Below are positions 55,740-64,000 of a stretch of DNA of 64,000 nt, one piece after another (positions within the stretch are counted from its first letter, which is position 1; every line of letters starts with the position of its first letter). The notes under the pieces are model-generated. The model saw only the letters and a program-made list of their open reading frames with translations. It was not told the DNA's origin and made no database searches. The position numbers were made by a program, and so were the translations under genes. The DNA comes from Patescibacteria group bacterium (lineage in GTDB: Bacteria > Patescibacteriota > Patescibacteriia > JBAZBY01). The stretch is from positions 763,454 through 827,453 of the forward strand of contig JBAZBY010000001.1 of the NCBI GenBank assembly GCA_041671225.1, in the 5' to 3' direction.

Positions 55740-56645
55740 ATGATTTGGATATGGTTTGCATTGGCCGCCGCGTTCCTCTGGTCTGTTTCGAACATTGCGG
55801 ACCGCATTATTCATGAAAAATACATCACGAGCAGCGTGCTGACGGTGGTGATTCTTTCGATATTCGAAATGGGTATCACTATTCCGCTCATCCCAATGGT
55901 GCAATGGGATGCCTTTACCTCAGATATCATCATCCTTATTCTGGCGTCAGCAGCGATCGGTCTCGTTGCGACTGTCTTTTATTTTCAGGCTATTGTATCA
56001 AAAGAAGTATCGCGGGTGATTCCGACGTTTCAGTTTATTCCTGTTTTTGTACTTTTGTTTGCCGCGGTCTTTTTTGGTGAGCTGCTTACTGAAAAGCAGG
56101 GTATTGCTTTTGCGATTATTTTTCTCGGTGTAATGTTCCTTTCTATTGAGAGAGGGGAGCAGTTGAAAATTAAACTTTCACGAGCATTCTGGTTGGCGCT
56201 CATCGCCTCAGCATTTTTTGCGCTTTCAAATGTTATTCTTGCTCAAGCGCGAAATCTGCTGCCAAACACACTTTCTACTTTTGTCGGCGTGCAGATTGCA
56301 ACATTCATACTCATTCTTTTTTACCTCATGCTCGCGCCAGTGCATTTTAAAATGGTGATTCATGAATTTAAAACCATAGGAGCAAAAAAGACGAGTTGGT
56401 ACGCGCTCAGCGTTGTTGCCTCGATGCTTGGGTATGTGCTGTTCATTTCAGCGCTTCCGTTTGCTCCTGTTGCGCTTATTTCCGTTATTGGTGGGATCCA
56501 ACCATTTTTTGTCTTTCTTCTCGCTGTGCTATTCACGGCTTTCGCGCCACAGCTTATTCGTGAGGATATTAATTATCGTACGGTCATTTTGAAGATTGTT
56601 GCGCTTATTATCGTGTTTTCCGGCACCTACCTTCTCTTTACCTAG
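55740..56645 (+). CDS. EamA/DMT-family transporter
   Basis: Ten TM helices in two EamA repeats. Confidence 0.75.
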   Translation: MIWIWFALAAAFLWSVSNIADRIIHEKYITSSVLTVVILSIFEMGITIPLIPMVQWDAFTSDIIILILASAAIGLVATVFYFQAIVSKEVSRVIPTFQFIPVFVLLFAAVFFGELLTEKQGIAFAIIFLGVMFLSIERGEQLKIKLSRAFWLALIASAFFALSNVILAQARNLLPNTLSTFVGVQIATFILILFYLMLAPVHFKMVIHEFKTIGAKKTSWYALSVVASMLGYVLFISALPFAPVALISVIGGIQPFFVFLLAVLFTAFAPQLIREDINYRTVILKIVALIIVFSGTYLLFT

Positions 56646-56662
56646 CGTGCTATAGTGAATAT

Positions 56663-57178
56663 ATGAAAGGATTGATTGCCATTTCCGTGTTCGGTGTGCT
56701 GGCAGCTGGCATACTCTACCAGCAAGGTCAAACTGTTGCTGACATGGGGTATGTTCTTTTAGTAAAACATTCGGTCCCTGCAAGAACAGCACAGACACTT
56801 GAGCTTGTACCCGTTGGGCAGGTTGCCGGTGCCGAAGACACAACAAAAGATGAGTCAGCTGACCCGCCGACACAAACCGTCATAGATCTTGAAGGCAAGC
56901 CGGTTACGGTTGTGATTGGTGCTAGCGGATTCTTTCCTTCTTCAGTAACCGTGGAGGCTGGTACTGCTATTGTATGGGAGAATACTGATACTCTTGCGCA
57001 CTATGTCACGCCTGATGACCACCCGTCACACACAAAGTACAAAGGAATTTGGGATGACGTCGGTGCTGGGGAACTTGCTCCTGGCCAATCCTATACCTTT
57101 ATTTTCAGCGTACCAGGTACCTATACCTACCATGACCACTTCATTCCGGAATCCACAGGAATGATCATCGTACAATAA
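56663..57178 (+). CDS. cupredoxin-like secreted protein
   Basis: A signal peptide is followed by VTVEAGTAIVWENTD...HYVT...H...YHDHF. Confidence 0.55.
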   Translation: MKGLIAISVFGVLAAGILYQQGQTVADMGYVLLVKHSVPARTAQTLELVPVGQVAGAEDTTKDESADPPTQTVIDLEGKPVTVVIGASGFFPSSVTVEAGTAIVWENTDTLAHYVTPDDHPSHTKYKGIWDDVGAGELAPGQSYTFIFSVPGTYTYHDHFIPESTGMIIVQ

Positions 57179-57190
57179 ACGTGAGCCGCC

Positions 57191-57424
57191 ATGGAATCTA
57201 CGACATACAATAAAGGTGAGCCTGTCCCGAATACGGGTCAATATATTTGCGCTCCTTGTGGTTTCAAAAAAGAATTCAAGAAAGGTGAAAGTTTTCCGGA
57301 GTGTACTTCATGTCTTTCTGGGTCAGCGGCCGGCAGAGAGGAATATATCGAGGGGCTGGAGCTTTGGGAAAAAATTCGTGATTTTCCAAAGGACGACGCA
57401 GAAAAAGAGAAGCAGGAATCATAG
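57191..57424 (+). CDS. small zinc-ribbon protein
   Basis: CAPCG...CTSC. Confidence 0.4.
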   Translation: MESTTYNKGEPVPNTGQYICAPCGFKKEFKKGESFPECTSCLSGSAAGREEYIEGLELWEKIRDFPKDDAEKEKQES

Positions 57425-57430
57425 CATCAC

Positions 57431-58843
57431 GTGCCAAAGGGATTTGATACTTCGCGTCCGTTAACACCGCAGCTGTTTTATCAGTATCTGCAGTGTCCAC
57501 ATTGGATCTGGTTTGACCACTATGGTGACCAGAGCAAAAAGAAGGAGCTCTCTGCATTGCAACAGAAGCTTCTTGAGCGCGGCGTTATGCATGAAGAAAA
57601 GTACATGAAGGATCAGGATGTTATTGAGGTTCGCGAAAAAAATATTACAGAAGCAGCCGAGAAAACGCTCGCACTCATGAAAAAAGGGGTTCCGCGTATC
57701 TATCAAGGAGCGCTCATTTCCGGCAGGTGGCGCGGAAGGCCTGATATACTCGAAAAGAAAGAAGGGAGTTCCTCTTTTGGTGATTACCACTATATTCCCA
57801 TAGATATTAAATCCTCACACGATATACATACCGCGCAGCAACTGCAACTCGTTTTTTATGCTCTGCTTCTTGAGGACGTGCAGGGGTTGAGGCCCCCAAA
57901 AGCCGGGATCATTAACATTGATCACAAAACGATTCTTTTTGATGTCTCTATAGGACTCAAGCGCCTTTCTGCGGTGCTCGAAGGGATCTATGAGCTTCTT
58001 GATGGCAAGAAGCCGGATCCGTATCTCACGCGGCAGTGTTCTGAAACCCCATGGTTTGGCGAGTGCAAGCGTACTGCAGAAGAAAAGAATGACATCGCCT
58101 TGATCTATAATATCAAAAAGCCCGCCATGCAGGCGCTCAGAAAACATAAAATCAAGACAGTTGCTGATGCGGCATGGATGGATCCAGATGAGCTCACTCA
58201 CATTGCACCGGGACTCACCAAGCGCGAGTTGGAACGTATTAAGCGCCAGGCAACCTCGCTCATGAAGCAAGAGATGATCGTGAAGCATCCTGCAAAGCTG
58301 CCGGCCGCTACGACATATATCTATTTTGACATTGAGGGTGACCCGTTCTATGCCATGGAATATTTGTTTGGTTTTTTGATGGAGGTCGATGGAAAGGAAA
58401 AATACACCGCCTTTATTGCTGAACGCCCCGAGGATGAGGAAAAAATGTGGAAGGAGTTTCTTGAATGGATCCCGACATTACCAAAGGACTATCTTGTGTA
58501 TCATTACGCGAGTTATGAAAAAAGTCGCCTGACGATGTTTGAAAAAAAATACGGCGGGGGAGAAGGCCTTGCGGAATTCAAGGAGCGCCTTGTTGATCTT
58601 GCGATCGTCATACGGGATAGCGTCGTGCTGCCGCTGTATTTTTATGGCCTTAAAGATATTGCCAAGCACCTTGGATTCACATGGTCACACTCTCAGGCAG
58701 GCGGGGCGCAGTCGATTGCGTGGTATGAGCAATGGCTTGAAACAGGGGATCGCAAGATCCTCGATACGATCATCGAATACAACAAAGACGACGTGGTGGC
58801 CACCAGGTTCCTCAAGGAATGGATTGAGGGAATAAAAAAGTAG
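57431..58843 (+). CDS. RecB-family (PD-(D/E)xK) nuclease, TM0106-like
   Basis: The N-terminus is CPHWIWFDHYGD. The D...EIK-like core is IPIDIKSS. Confidence 0.5.
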   Translation: MPKGFDTSRPLTPQLFYQYLQCPHWIWFDHYGDQSKKKELSALQQKLLERGVMHEEKYMKDQDVIEVREKNITEAAEKTLALMKKGVPRIYQGALISGRWRGRPDILEKKEGSSSFGDYHYIPIDIKSSHDIHTAQQLQLVFYALLLEDVQGLRPPKAGIINIDHKTILFDVSIGLKRLSAVLEGIYELLDGKKPDPYLTRQCSETPWFGECKRTAEEKNDIALIYNIKKPAMQALRKHKIKTVADAAWMDPDELTHIAPGLTKRELERIKRQATSLMKQEMIVKHPAKLPAATTYIYFDIEGDPFYAMEYLFGFLMEVDGKEKYTAFIAERPEDEEKMWKEFLEWIPTLPKDYLVYHYASYEKSRLTMFEKKYGGGEGLAEFKERLVDLAIVIRDSVVLPLYFYGLKDIAKHLGFTWSHSQAGGAQSIAWYEQWLETGDRKILDTIIEYNKDDVVATRFLKEWIEGIKK

Positions 58844-60682
58844 CTATTCCACAATGCGCCAGGATCCCGGCTTGATGGTGAGTGATGCGCCTGGGCCTGA
58901 AACAAAATTCGCGTTTACCAGACCACTGTGATACGTCACAATGGCATTGTTTGAGAGAAAAAGCTTATATGCAACAGCTTCATTAACTCCGGCATTATTA
59001 TTCATGCGGATCGTGCCGTTTGCAGCATATACGATCACACCTTGTGAATTATTTGAAATATCTACTGATGGATTTGCAGTATCCTGTGATGTGTCTGTGG
59101 TAACCATCATGAGGAAACTATAATTACCGGGATTTACCGGATCTTCTGCGTAACAGATATTTGAACCATTATCATAGTATGATCCGCATAATATCGCGTT
59201 GTTATTAAAAATGATCTTTCCATCGTTGACTATCACGCCACTCGTTGCGTTATACCCCGGCGAAAGGTAAACCTCAGCACCAATGTTTAGCGTGATATTG
59301 CCGTGCACATAAAGTGAACCCGTGATTTCAAGCTCAACGCTGCCATTAACAATAAGATTACCTGTTATTTCTTTTGGGCCGATTGATCCATTGGCACTAA
59401 TAATAACATCCCCCGTTGTTGTTCCACCAAGTTGTGCATCCGCTTTCCAATCAGCAATAGTGCCATCAGAGATAGGCATCTGGCCAGGAGATTGAGGAAT
59501 ACTCCCAGGATGCGCGTTTCGGCCATACGTTGAACCTGTCAACCCTCCATCATAATACACATCACACTCAACGGTTGAGTTGGTTATTTGTTGTGCGTAG
59601 GCATCGCCGTGGTGGGTCGCGTAATGGGCATCATCACAAATATGCGTAATATCCCCAACAACAACGCCACTGAGTGATGTTGAAACGCTGCCCATATATG
59701 TTTTGAAGTTATAGTCGCGTACGCTGTTTATCCATGAACTTGTACCATTATTGTAATGCATACCAATCCCATTGCCGTATCCCGAGTTGTCATGCGAACC
59801 AGAAACCCAATAACGAGATGAATTAATAGCCTGCGGCTCAACAATGATCCAATACGTGAATCCACTCGTGAGTGTTGGGTTTGGGGAAAGCGCAACTTCT
59901 ATCCACGCAAGGGATCCTGTGCCTGCTGCACTTGACAATAATGTGCCCGTCGCAAGATTCACAGAGCCGGGTACGCCGCCATTGTCAGCAACAATGCGCA
60001 CTGTTGCGTTGCTTGTATTGTTATGTGTTTTGCGCACAAATAATTCCACCTTATTGATGGTATCCGTTACTGTCGGTTCAAAGCTTTGTGCAATGCGTGC
60101 TTGTGATGCATTATTACCAAAATTAAATGTGCCGCTTTGGGTCGTGACGGTCGCATCAGCGAGTAAACTTGTGCCGCTTGCAACAATAGCATCACCCGTG
60201 ATGCGTGAACCGCTGCCACCAGAAATACTGCCGTTAGAAAAAACATTGCCATCAACCATAGCGTTGTTTTGCAGTATAAGTCCGCCGTCACCAACCTGCA
60301 CCCCATAATTGAATGAAACATCGCTTGAACTTGTTGCAACAGTAACTTCGATCACCTTCGTCTCCTTGGTGTTCACTTTATCCGGATAGTATGCCGTACT
60401 TGTCACAGTCGTCTCACCGCTTCCAGAAGAAACCGCAATATCCATAACACCATCCCCAAAAGGAACATCCATCTCGCCGCCATAACCAGGATCTGTGTTG
60501 AGTTTATCAATAGCATATTCAATGCCCGCTTCAGCCACTTCACGTGTTTCTGCAGCGCGCTCTTGGTGCCGTACTGTATTATTTCCAAAAGCGATTTTTG
60601 AGAGCAACACGGCAGTAGTGGCGATCACCACTGCGAGGATCAGTGTTGCGATGATGAGAACTTGTCCTTTTTGTGTGAACAT
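58844..60682 (-). CDS. pilus-associated large secreted protein (PilX/minor-pilin-like N-terminus)
   Basis: The N-terminus is MFTQKGQVLIIATLILAVVIATTAVLL. It is the third gene of the minus-strand pseudopilin operon. Confidence 0.45.
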   Translation of the reverse strand: MFTQKGQVLIIATLILAVVIATTAVLLSKIAFGNNTVRHQERAAETREVAEAGIEYAIDKLNTDPGYGGEMDVPFGDGVMDIAVSSGSGETTVTSTAYYPDKVNTKETKVIEVTVATSSSDVSFNYGVQVGDGGLILQNNAMVDGNVFSNGSISGGSGSRITGDAIVASGTSLLADATVTTQSGTFNFGNNASQARIAQSFEPTVTDTINKVELFVRKTHNNTSNATVRIVADNGGVPGSVNLATGTLLSSAAGTGSLAWIEVALSPNPTLTSGFTYWIIVEPQAINSSRYWVSGSHDNSGYGNGIGMHYNNGTSSWINSVRDYNFKTYMGSVSTSLSGVVVGDITHICDDAHYATHHGDAYAQQITNSTVECDVYYDGGLTGSTYGRNAHPGSIPQSPGQMPISDGTIADWKADAQLGGTTTGDVIISANGSIGPKEITGNLIVNGSVELEITGSLYVHGNITLNIGAEVYLSPGYNATSGVIVNDGKIIFNNNAILCGSYYDNGSNICYAEDPVNPGNYSFLMMVTTDTSQDTANPSVDISNNSQGVIVYAANGTIRMNNNAGVNEAVAYKLFLSNNAIVTYHSGLVNANFVSGPGASLTIKPGSWRIVE

Positions 60683-60683
60683 A

Positions 60684-61250
60684 TTAATTACGGAGAGAAA
60701 TAGTGCGTTGCAAGGTTACTTGAATTGGATGATTCGCAACTACGCGTTCTGCGATCAAAATAATAGAAACAGCATCAGCATCGCCAGGGAGTTTTTCATT
60801 ATAGGTTATGATGAGCTTTTCGATATCAAGGGAAAGCACTCTTGTATGCGTCGTTCGTCCAACATCATGCGCTTCAAGCTCCTCAAGAAGCTTCGTACCA
60901 TCCAGGCGATACCCAATGTAATCCTGGCTGCTGAAGTTCACCGCGTCAGTATTTGTTACTGACTGCATTGTAAGGGCGAGCATATCATCATCTGAAACAA
61001 ACACCGTGCCGTTGATCGTTTGCGACGCAAGAATTTCACGCGAGGATTGAACGCGCTCCGCAATCGCGTTCATTGCGACAGTTGTTTCGACATAGAGCTC
61101 AACACGAGAAGCCTCACGGTTATAGATGCGCTGAAAGGCGACATAGAGTGATGTTAGCAATCCCATGCTCAGTGTGATAACAAAAATAACAACCAGAACC
61201 TCCGTGAGAGTAAAACCGTCTTGGTGTCTTTTTTTATTTGGCAGTGCCAT
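60684..61250 (-). CDS. prepilin-type N-terminal cleavage/methylation domain protein (pseudopilin)
   Basis: DGFTLTEVLVVIFVITLS. The start is placed at the internal MALPNKK to avoid a long overlap with the upstream gene. Confidence 0.6.
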   Translation of the reverse strand: MALPNKKRHQDGFTLTEVLVVIFVITLSMGLLTSLYVAFQRIYNREASRVELYVETTVAMNAIAERVQSSREILASQTINGTVFVSDDDMLALTMQSVTNTDAVNFSSQDYIGYRLDGTKLLEELEAHDVGRTTHTRVLSLDIEKLIITYNEKLPGDADAVSIILIAERVVANHPIQVTLQRTISLRN

Positions 61251-62316
61251 AACGGCTGATAATGGTTTGAAGTGAAACTGATTGCAAACCCCCGACACCT
61301 TCGTATTGTACTGTTGCAACTATTTGTTTAAGGTCTGGATTGCCGGCATGTTCAGTAATAGTAAGCTCAGCGTTGTCATTCGCAATAGCAGGAGTCGTAT
61401 TGGGCAGGTCATTAATGCCAAAGCGTCCCCAGCCTGCTGCAACAGCACCAATTGTTTCTCCTGTATCAAAATCCCATGTGCGATTCCATGACGGTTCAGC
61501 CGGAGGGATATTGCTTGTATCAGTCGCAATATGAATATCATCAAAGTATGCGTGTGCAGCATTCTGTGTTGTGAGTACAATATGCCCCTTCGGTATGGTA
61601 TCTTCTGTTGTCGTAAAAATAGTCGATCCTGCGAGTGAGATGCTGAGGTTATTGGAGACATCATCCGTAAACCGAACACGAAGCGTATGCCATGTATCCT
61701 GTTGTATCGTTGGTGTTGCGGAGTAAAGAGTGCTGTTGCTGATTATCCCTGTAGTATCAGTACTGCGTCGTGTAAGCGTGATACGATCATCGCCAAGCGC
61801 AAGAAGGTAGTAATTATTTTCATCTTGATAGCGGAAATAAAATCCAGCTTCCCAGTCCGAGCGAACAGAATCTGAAAGAACGCGTACCTTTGCTTCTGCG
61901 GTAAAGGTTGAAAGGGTGGCTTCAAAATTTGTTGCTGAGGGTACCACGGCATTACCGGTAACCCCAGCGGTTCCTACGCCTGATTCTCGTGCGGCATACA
62001 CTGCAGATCCGGATGCGGCGTCTGTGGTGCTTGTAACATCCCAAATACCAAAAGGGTACGCCACATTCATGAATGCGGCAGGGGATGCGTCATCCCGATC
62101 AGCAAACGCAGCGAACCCAAGATCGCGCAGCGCCTCCAACTCTTCAAGTGCGAGATTATATGCTGCGGCACGGTGTTTCACCTGAGAATTAAGCGTGATA
62201 TAGCTAGAAAGAGCGCCAAAAGCAAGAATAGCAACGCCAATAACAAAGAGCGCCAAAAGCGTCTCAATAAGCGTTACCCCTTTTTGCTGATGTGTGCTGC
62301 GTAAGCGTTCCCCCAT
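61234..62316 (-). CDS. prepilin-type N-terminal domain protein (pseudopilin/minor pilin)
   Basis: KGVTLIETLLALFVIGVAILAF. Confidence 0.6.
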   Translation of the reverse strand: MGERLRSTHQQKGVTLIETLLALFVIGVAILAFGALSSYITLNSQVKHRAAAYNLALEELEALRDLGFAAFADRDDASPAAFMNVAYPFGIWDVTSTTDAASGSAVYAARESGVGTAGVTGNAVVPSATNFEATLSTFTAEAKVRVLSDSVRSDWEAGFYFRYQDENNYYLLALGDDRITLTRRSTDTTGIISNSTLYSATPTIQQDTWHTLRVRFTDDVSNNLSISLAGSTIFTTTEDTIPKGHIVLTTQNAAHAYFDDIHIATDTSNIPPAEPSWNRTWDFDTGETIGAVAAGWGRFGINDLPNTTPAIANDNAELTITEHAGNPDLKQIVATVQYEGVGGLQSVSLQTIISRYGTAK

Positions 62317-62372
62317 AACGCATACTATACCTCATTGTTTGGCTTGTTTCCAGCTGTTATACTCGCACATAC

Positions 62373-63257
62373 ATGAAACGCAACCCAAGTCAGTACACAA
62401 TTTTTCAGAAGCGCATCCGTCGCTGGTTTAAAGCACATCAGCGCGATTTGCCATGGAGAAAAACGCGCAATCCTTACCAGATCACTGTTTCTGAATTCAT
62501 GTTACAGCAAACGCAGGTTGATCGGGTTATTCCCAAATATCGATCCTTTCTCCATACATTCCCAAACTGGGCAACGCTTGCGAATGCGCCGCTGCATTCA
62601 GTATTCAAAGAATGGTCAGGCCTTGGTTACAATCGCCGCGCAAAGCACCTTCATCAGCTTGCGCAAATCGTTCAACAAGAATGGAATGGCGTCCTTCCCA
62701 AAAGTATTTCACAGCTTCAGCAACTTCCAGGCATTGGGCCATACACCGCACGGGCGATAGCCGTCTTTGCATTTGGGGCGCATGAAGCGCCGCGTGATAC
62801 GAATATTGAGCGTGTTACTCGCCGCTATTTCTACGGCGAGCGCGCTGTTTTAAAAACGACACTTGAAGATGCGGCTCAAAACGCACTCCCGGCGCGTGAC
62901 GCGTACTGGTGGAACCATGCACTGATGGATTTTGGCGCGCTTGTATGCACGGCGCGCAGGCCCTCCTGCATGACGTGCCCATTACGATCCACCTGCAAAG
63001 CCGCACCGCATTTTTTACGCGGCAATAGTGCAACAGTCAGCAAGCGCCCTCAGGAATCGTTTGGGCGATCTCTGCGCCAGCTGCGAGGATTGCTCGTGAA
63101 GGAACTTGTTCAACTGGGTCCGCAGCAAAGAAACCAGCTGATACATGCCGTCTTGAGGCAAACAACGCAAAACAAGGAGCGAATTCTGCGCGCACTCCAG
63201 GATTTGACGCAGGAGGGGATAGTACGCGCGAAGGGTGGCATCGTAGAGATCGCGTAG
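62373..63257 (+). CDS. HhH-GPD base-excision glycosylase, MutY/Nth family (A/G-specific adenine glycosylase-like)
   Basis: QTQVDRVIPKYRSFLHTFPNWATLANAP...GLGYNRRAKHL. The 4Fe-4S loop is CTARRPSCMTCPLRSTC. Confidence 0.75.
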   Translation: MKRNPSQYTIFQKRIRRWFKAHQRDLPWRKTRNPYQITVSEFMLQQTQVDRVIPKYRSFLHTFPNWATLANAPLHSVFKEWSGLGYNRRAKHLHQLAQIVQQEWNGVLPKSISQLQQLPGIGPYTARAIAVFAFGAHEAPRDTNIERVTRRYFYGERAVLKTTLEDAAQNALPARDAYWWNHALMDFGALVCTARRPSCMTCPLRSTCKAAPHFLRGNSATVSKRPQESFGRSLRQLRGLLVKELVQLGPQQRNQLIHAVLRQTTQNKERILRALQDLTQEGIVRAKGGIVEIA

Positions 63258-63308
63258 GTTGCACCTCGCGTAAAAAATGGTATAGTAAAATTGGTTTGTT
63301 ACTCATAT

Positions 63309-64000
63309 ATGCATCGCGAACTTAGCATCCACAATGTTACGTGGCACTATATAGAAAAGACCTCTGCCAAGGATATTCAATATCTGGCAGAGCATTTTAA
63401 GTTCCACCCGCTGGATCTTCAAGACTGTTATGACGTATCACAACGCCCAAAGATCGATACGTATCCCAGTTACCTTTTTCTTGTTTTTCATTTTCCTTAC
63501 TACGATCAAAAGTATCGAAGAATTCGCGCGCATGAGCTGAATGTTTTTGTGGGAAAGGGATACGTGATTACGCTCTCACATGAACCCATTCCACTTCTTG
63601 CAGAATACTTCCAGGAAGTACAGGAAAAGAGTGCAAAAAAACCAAAACATGACAAGTTGAAAAACACATCCGGGTACATGCTCTATAAAATTTTGGATCT
63701 GCTCTTTGGAAACACAGCTCGCCTCCTTGATACAATGAGTCAGTTGATCATTGATGTAGAGGAAGAAGTATATTCGGATAACACGAAGCATGCGGCGAAG
63801 GACCTCGGCATTATCCGCCGTAACATAATGAATCTGCGCCGCCATACGCAGCCGCAGGTGCGCATGCTCGGGCAGTTGGTGGCACTCCGAACAACATTCA
63901 TGCCCCATACGCTTTCTGTGTACTTTGACGACGTTCACGATAATCTTGAACGCATGTGGTCAAGTATCGAGACGTATCGTGAAAATATTGATGGACTCCA
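63309..64000 (+). CDS. corA: CorA-family Mg2+/Co2+ transporter, N-terminal part; 3' end lies outside the window
   Basis: CorA cytoplasmic-domain pattern (HPLDLQDC, YLFLVFHFPYY...NVFVGKGYVITLSH). Confidence 0.6.
   Translation, partial: MHRELSIHNVTWHYIEKTSAKDIQYLAEHFKFHPLDLQDCYDVSQRPKIDTYPSYLFLVFHFPYYDQKYRRIRAHELNVFVGKGYVITLSHEPIPLLAEYFQEVQEKSAKKPKHDKLKNTSGYMLYKILDLLFGNTARLLDTMSQLIIDVEEEVYSDNTKHAAKDLGIIRRNIMNLRRHTQPQVRMLGQLVALRTTFMPHTLSVYFDDVHDNLERMWSSIETYRENIDGL

Noticed and set aside
1-64000. CRISPR arrays or rRNA genes
   Set aside because: No regularly spaced direct repeats with unique spacers were found. No long rRNA-like conserved segments (for example the 16S 3' end or 23S motifs) were recognised.

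Overview
This 64 kb window has mosaic base composition (GC roughly 33-62% by segment). It looks like it comes from an uncultivated bacterium with a reduced genome.

Core genes include ftsE and ftsX, two MacB/FtsX-type ABC exporter pairs, typA/bipA, transketolase and malQ. A P-type ATPase, a MutY-like glycosylase, the start of corA and several type IV pilin or pseudopilin genes are also present, along with many small hypothetical membrane or secreted proteins.

Two AT-rich accessory islands stand out.

(1) The first island spans about 4762-12139 and sits at the 3' end of a minus-strand tRNA-Gln(UUG). It is bounded by a 13-nt direct copy of the tRNA 3' end. It carries a large serine recombinase and a 5 kb minus-strand defence cassette:
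- an XRE-family HTH regulator
- an NPPF-motif DNA methyltransferase
- a DUF262-HNH (GmrSD-like) nuclease
- a 787-aa AAA_13 ATPase with a Rad50-like CxxC zinc hook (RloC/PrrC-like)

The cassette is bracketed by perfect 188-bp inverted repeats. The recombinase gene is bracketed by a second, perfect 73-bp inverted-repeat pair. All junctions share a GGCTC core and form parental and hybrid att-like combinations.

(2) The second island (25321-29708) encodes a type II R-M pair (a PD-(D/E)xK-like endonuclease candidate plus a gamma-class NPPY/FxGxG N6-adenine methyltransferase). It also encodes a novel small soluble-protein plus two-TM-protein module and an Rx4H (HEPN/Abi-like) protein. The last two transcription units sit behind near-identical promoters that carry the same ACGCCCC-N7-GGGGCGT palindromic operator.

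Other features:
- a GC-rich block (15.6-22.8 kb) of secreted beta-helix, phosphodiester-glycosidase/FG-GAP and HExxH metalloprotease proteins
- a family of interspersed palindromic repeats (TGTCATTCCCGCG-NNN-GCGGGAATCCAGGAGTTGATTTTA...ATGGGGGATGATG) in intergenic regions between 19.6 and 25.3 kb
- a Fic AMPylase with an intrinsic SxxxEN inhibitory motif
- an AbrB/MazE-type antitoxin with a Doc toxin
- a tandem-SET-domain protein
- a macro-domain pseudogene fragment
- several bidirectional hairpin terminators
- leaderless TGGTATACT-type promoters

No CRISPR array or rRNA was found. All assignments rest on motif recognition by eye, without database searches.
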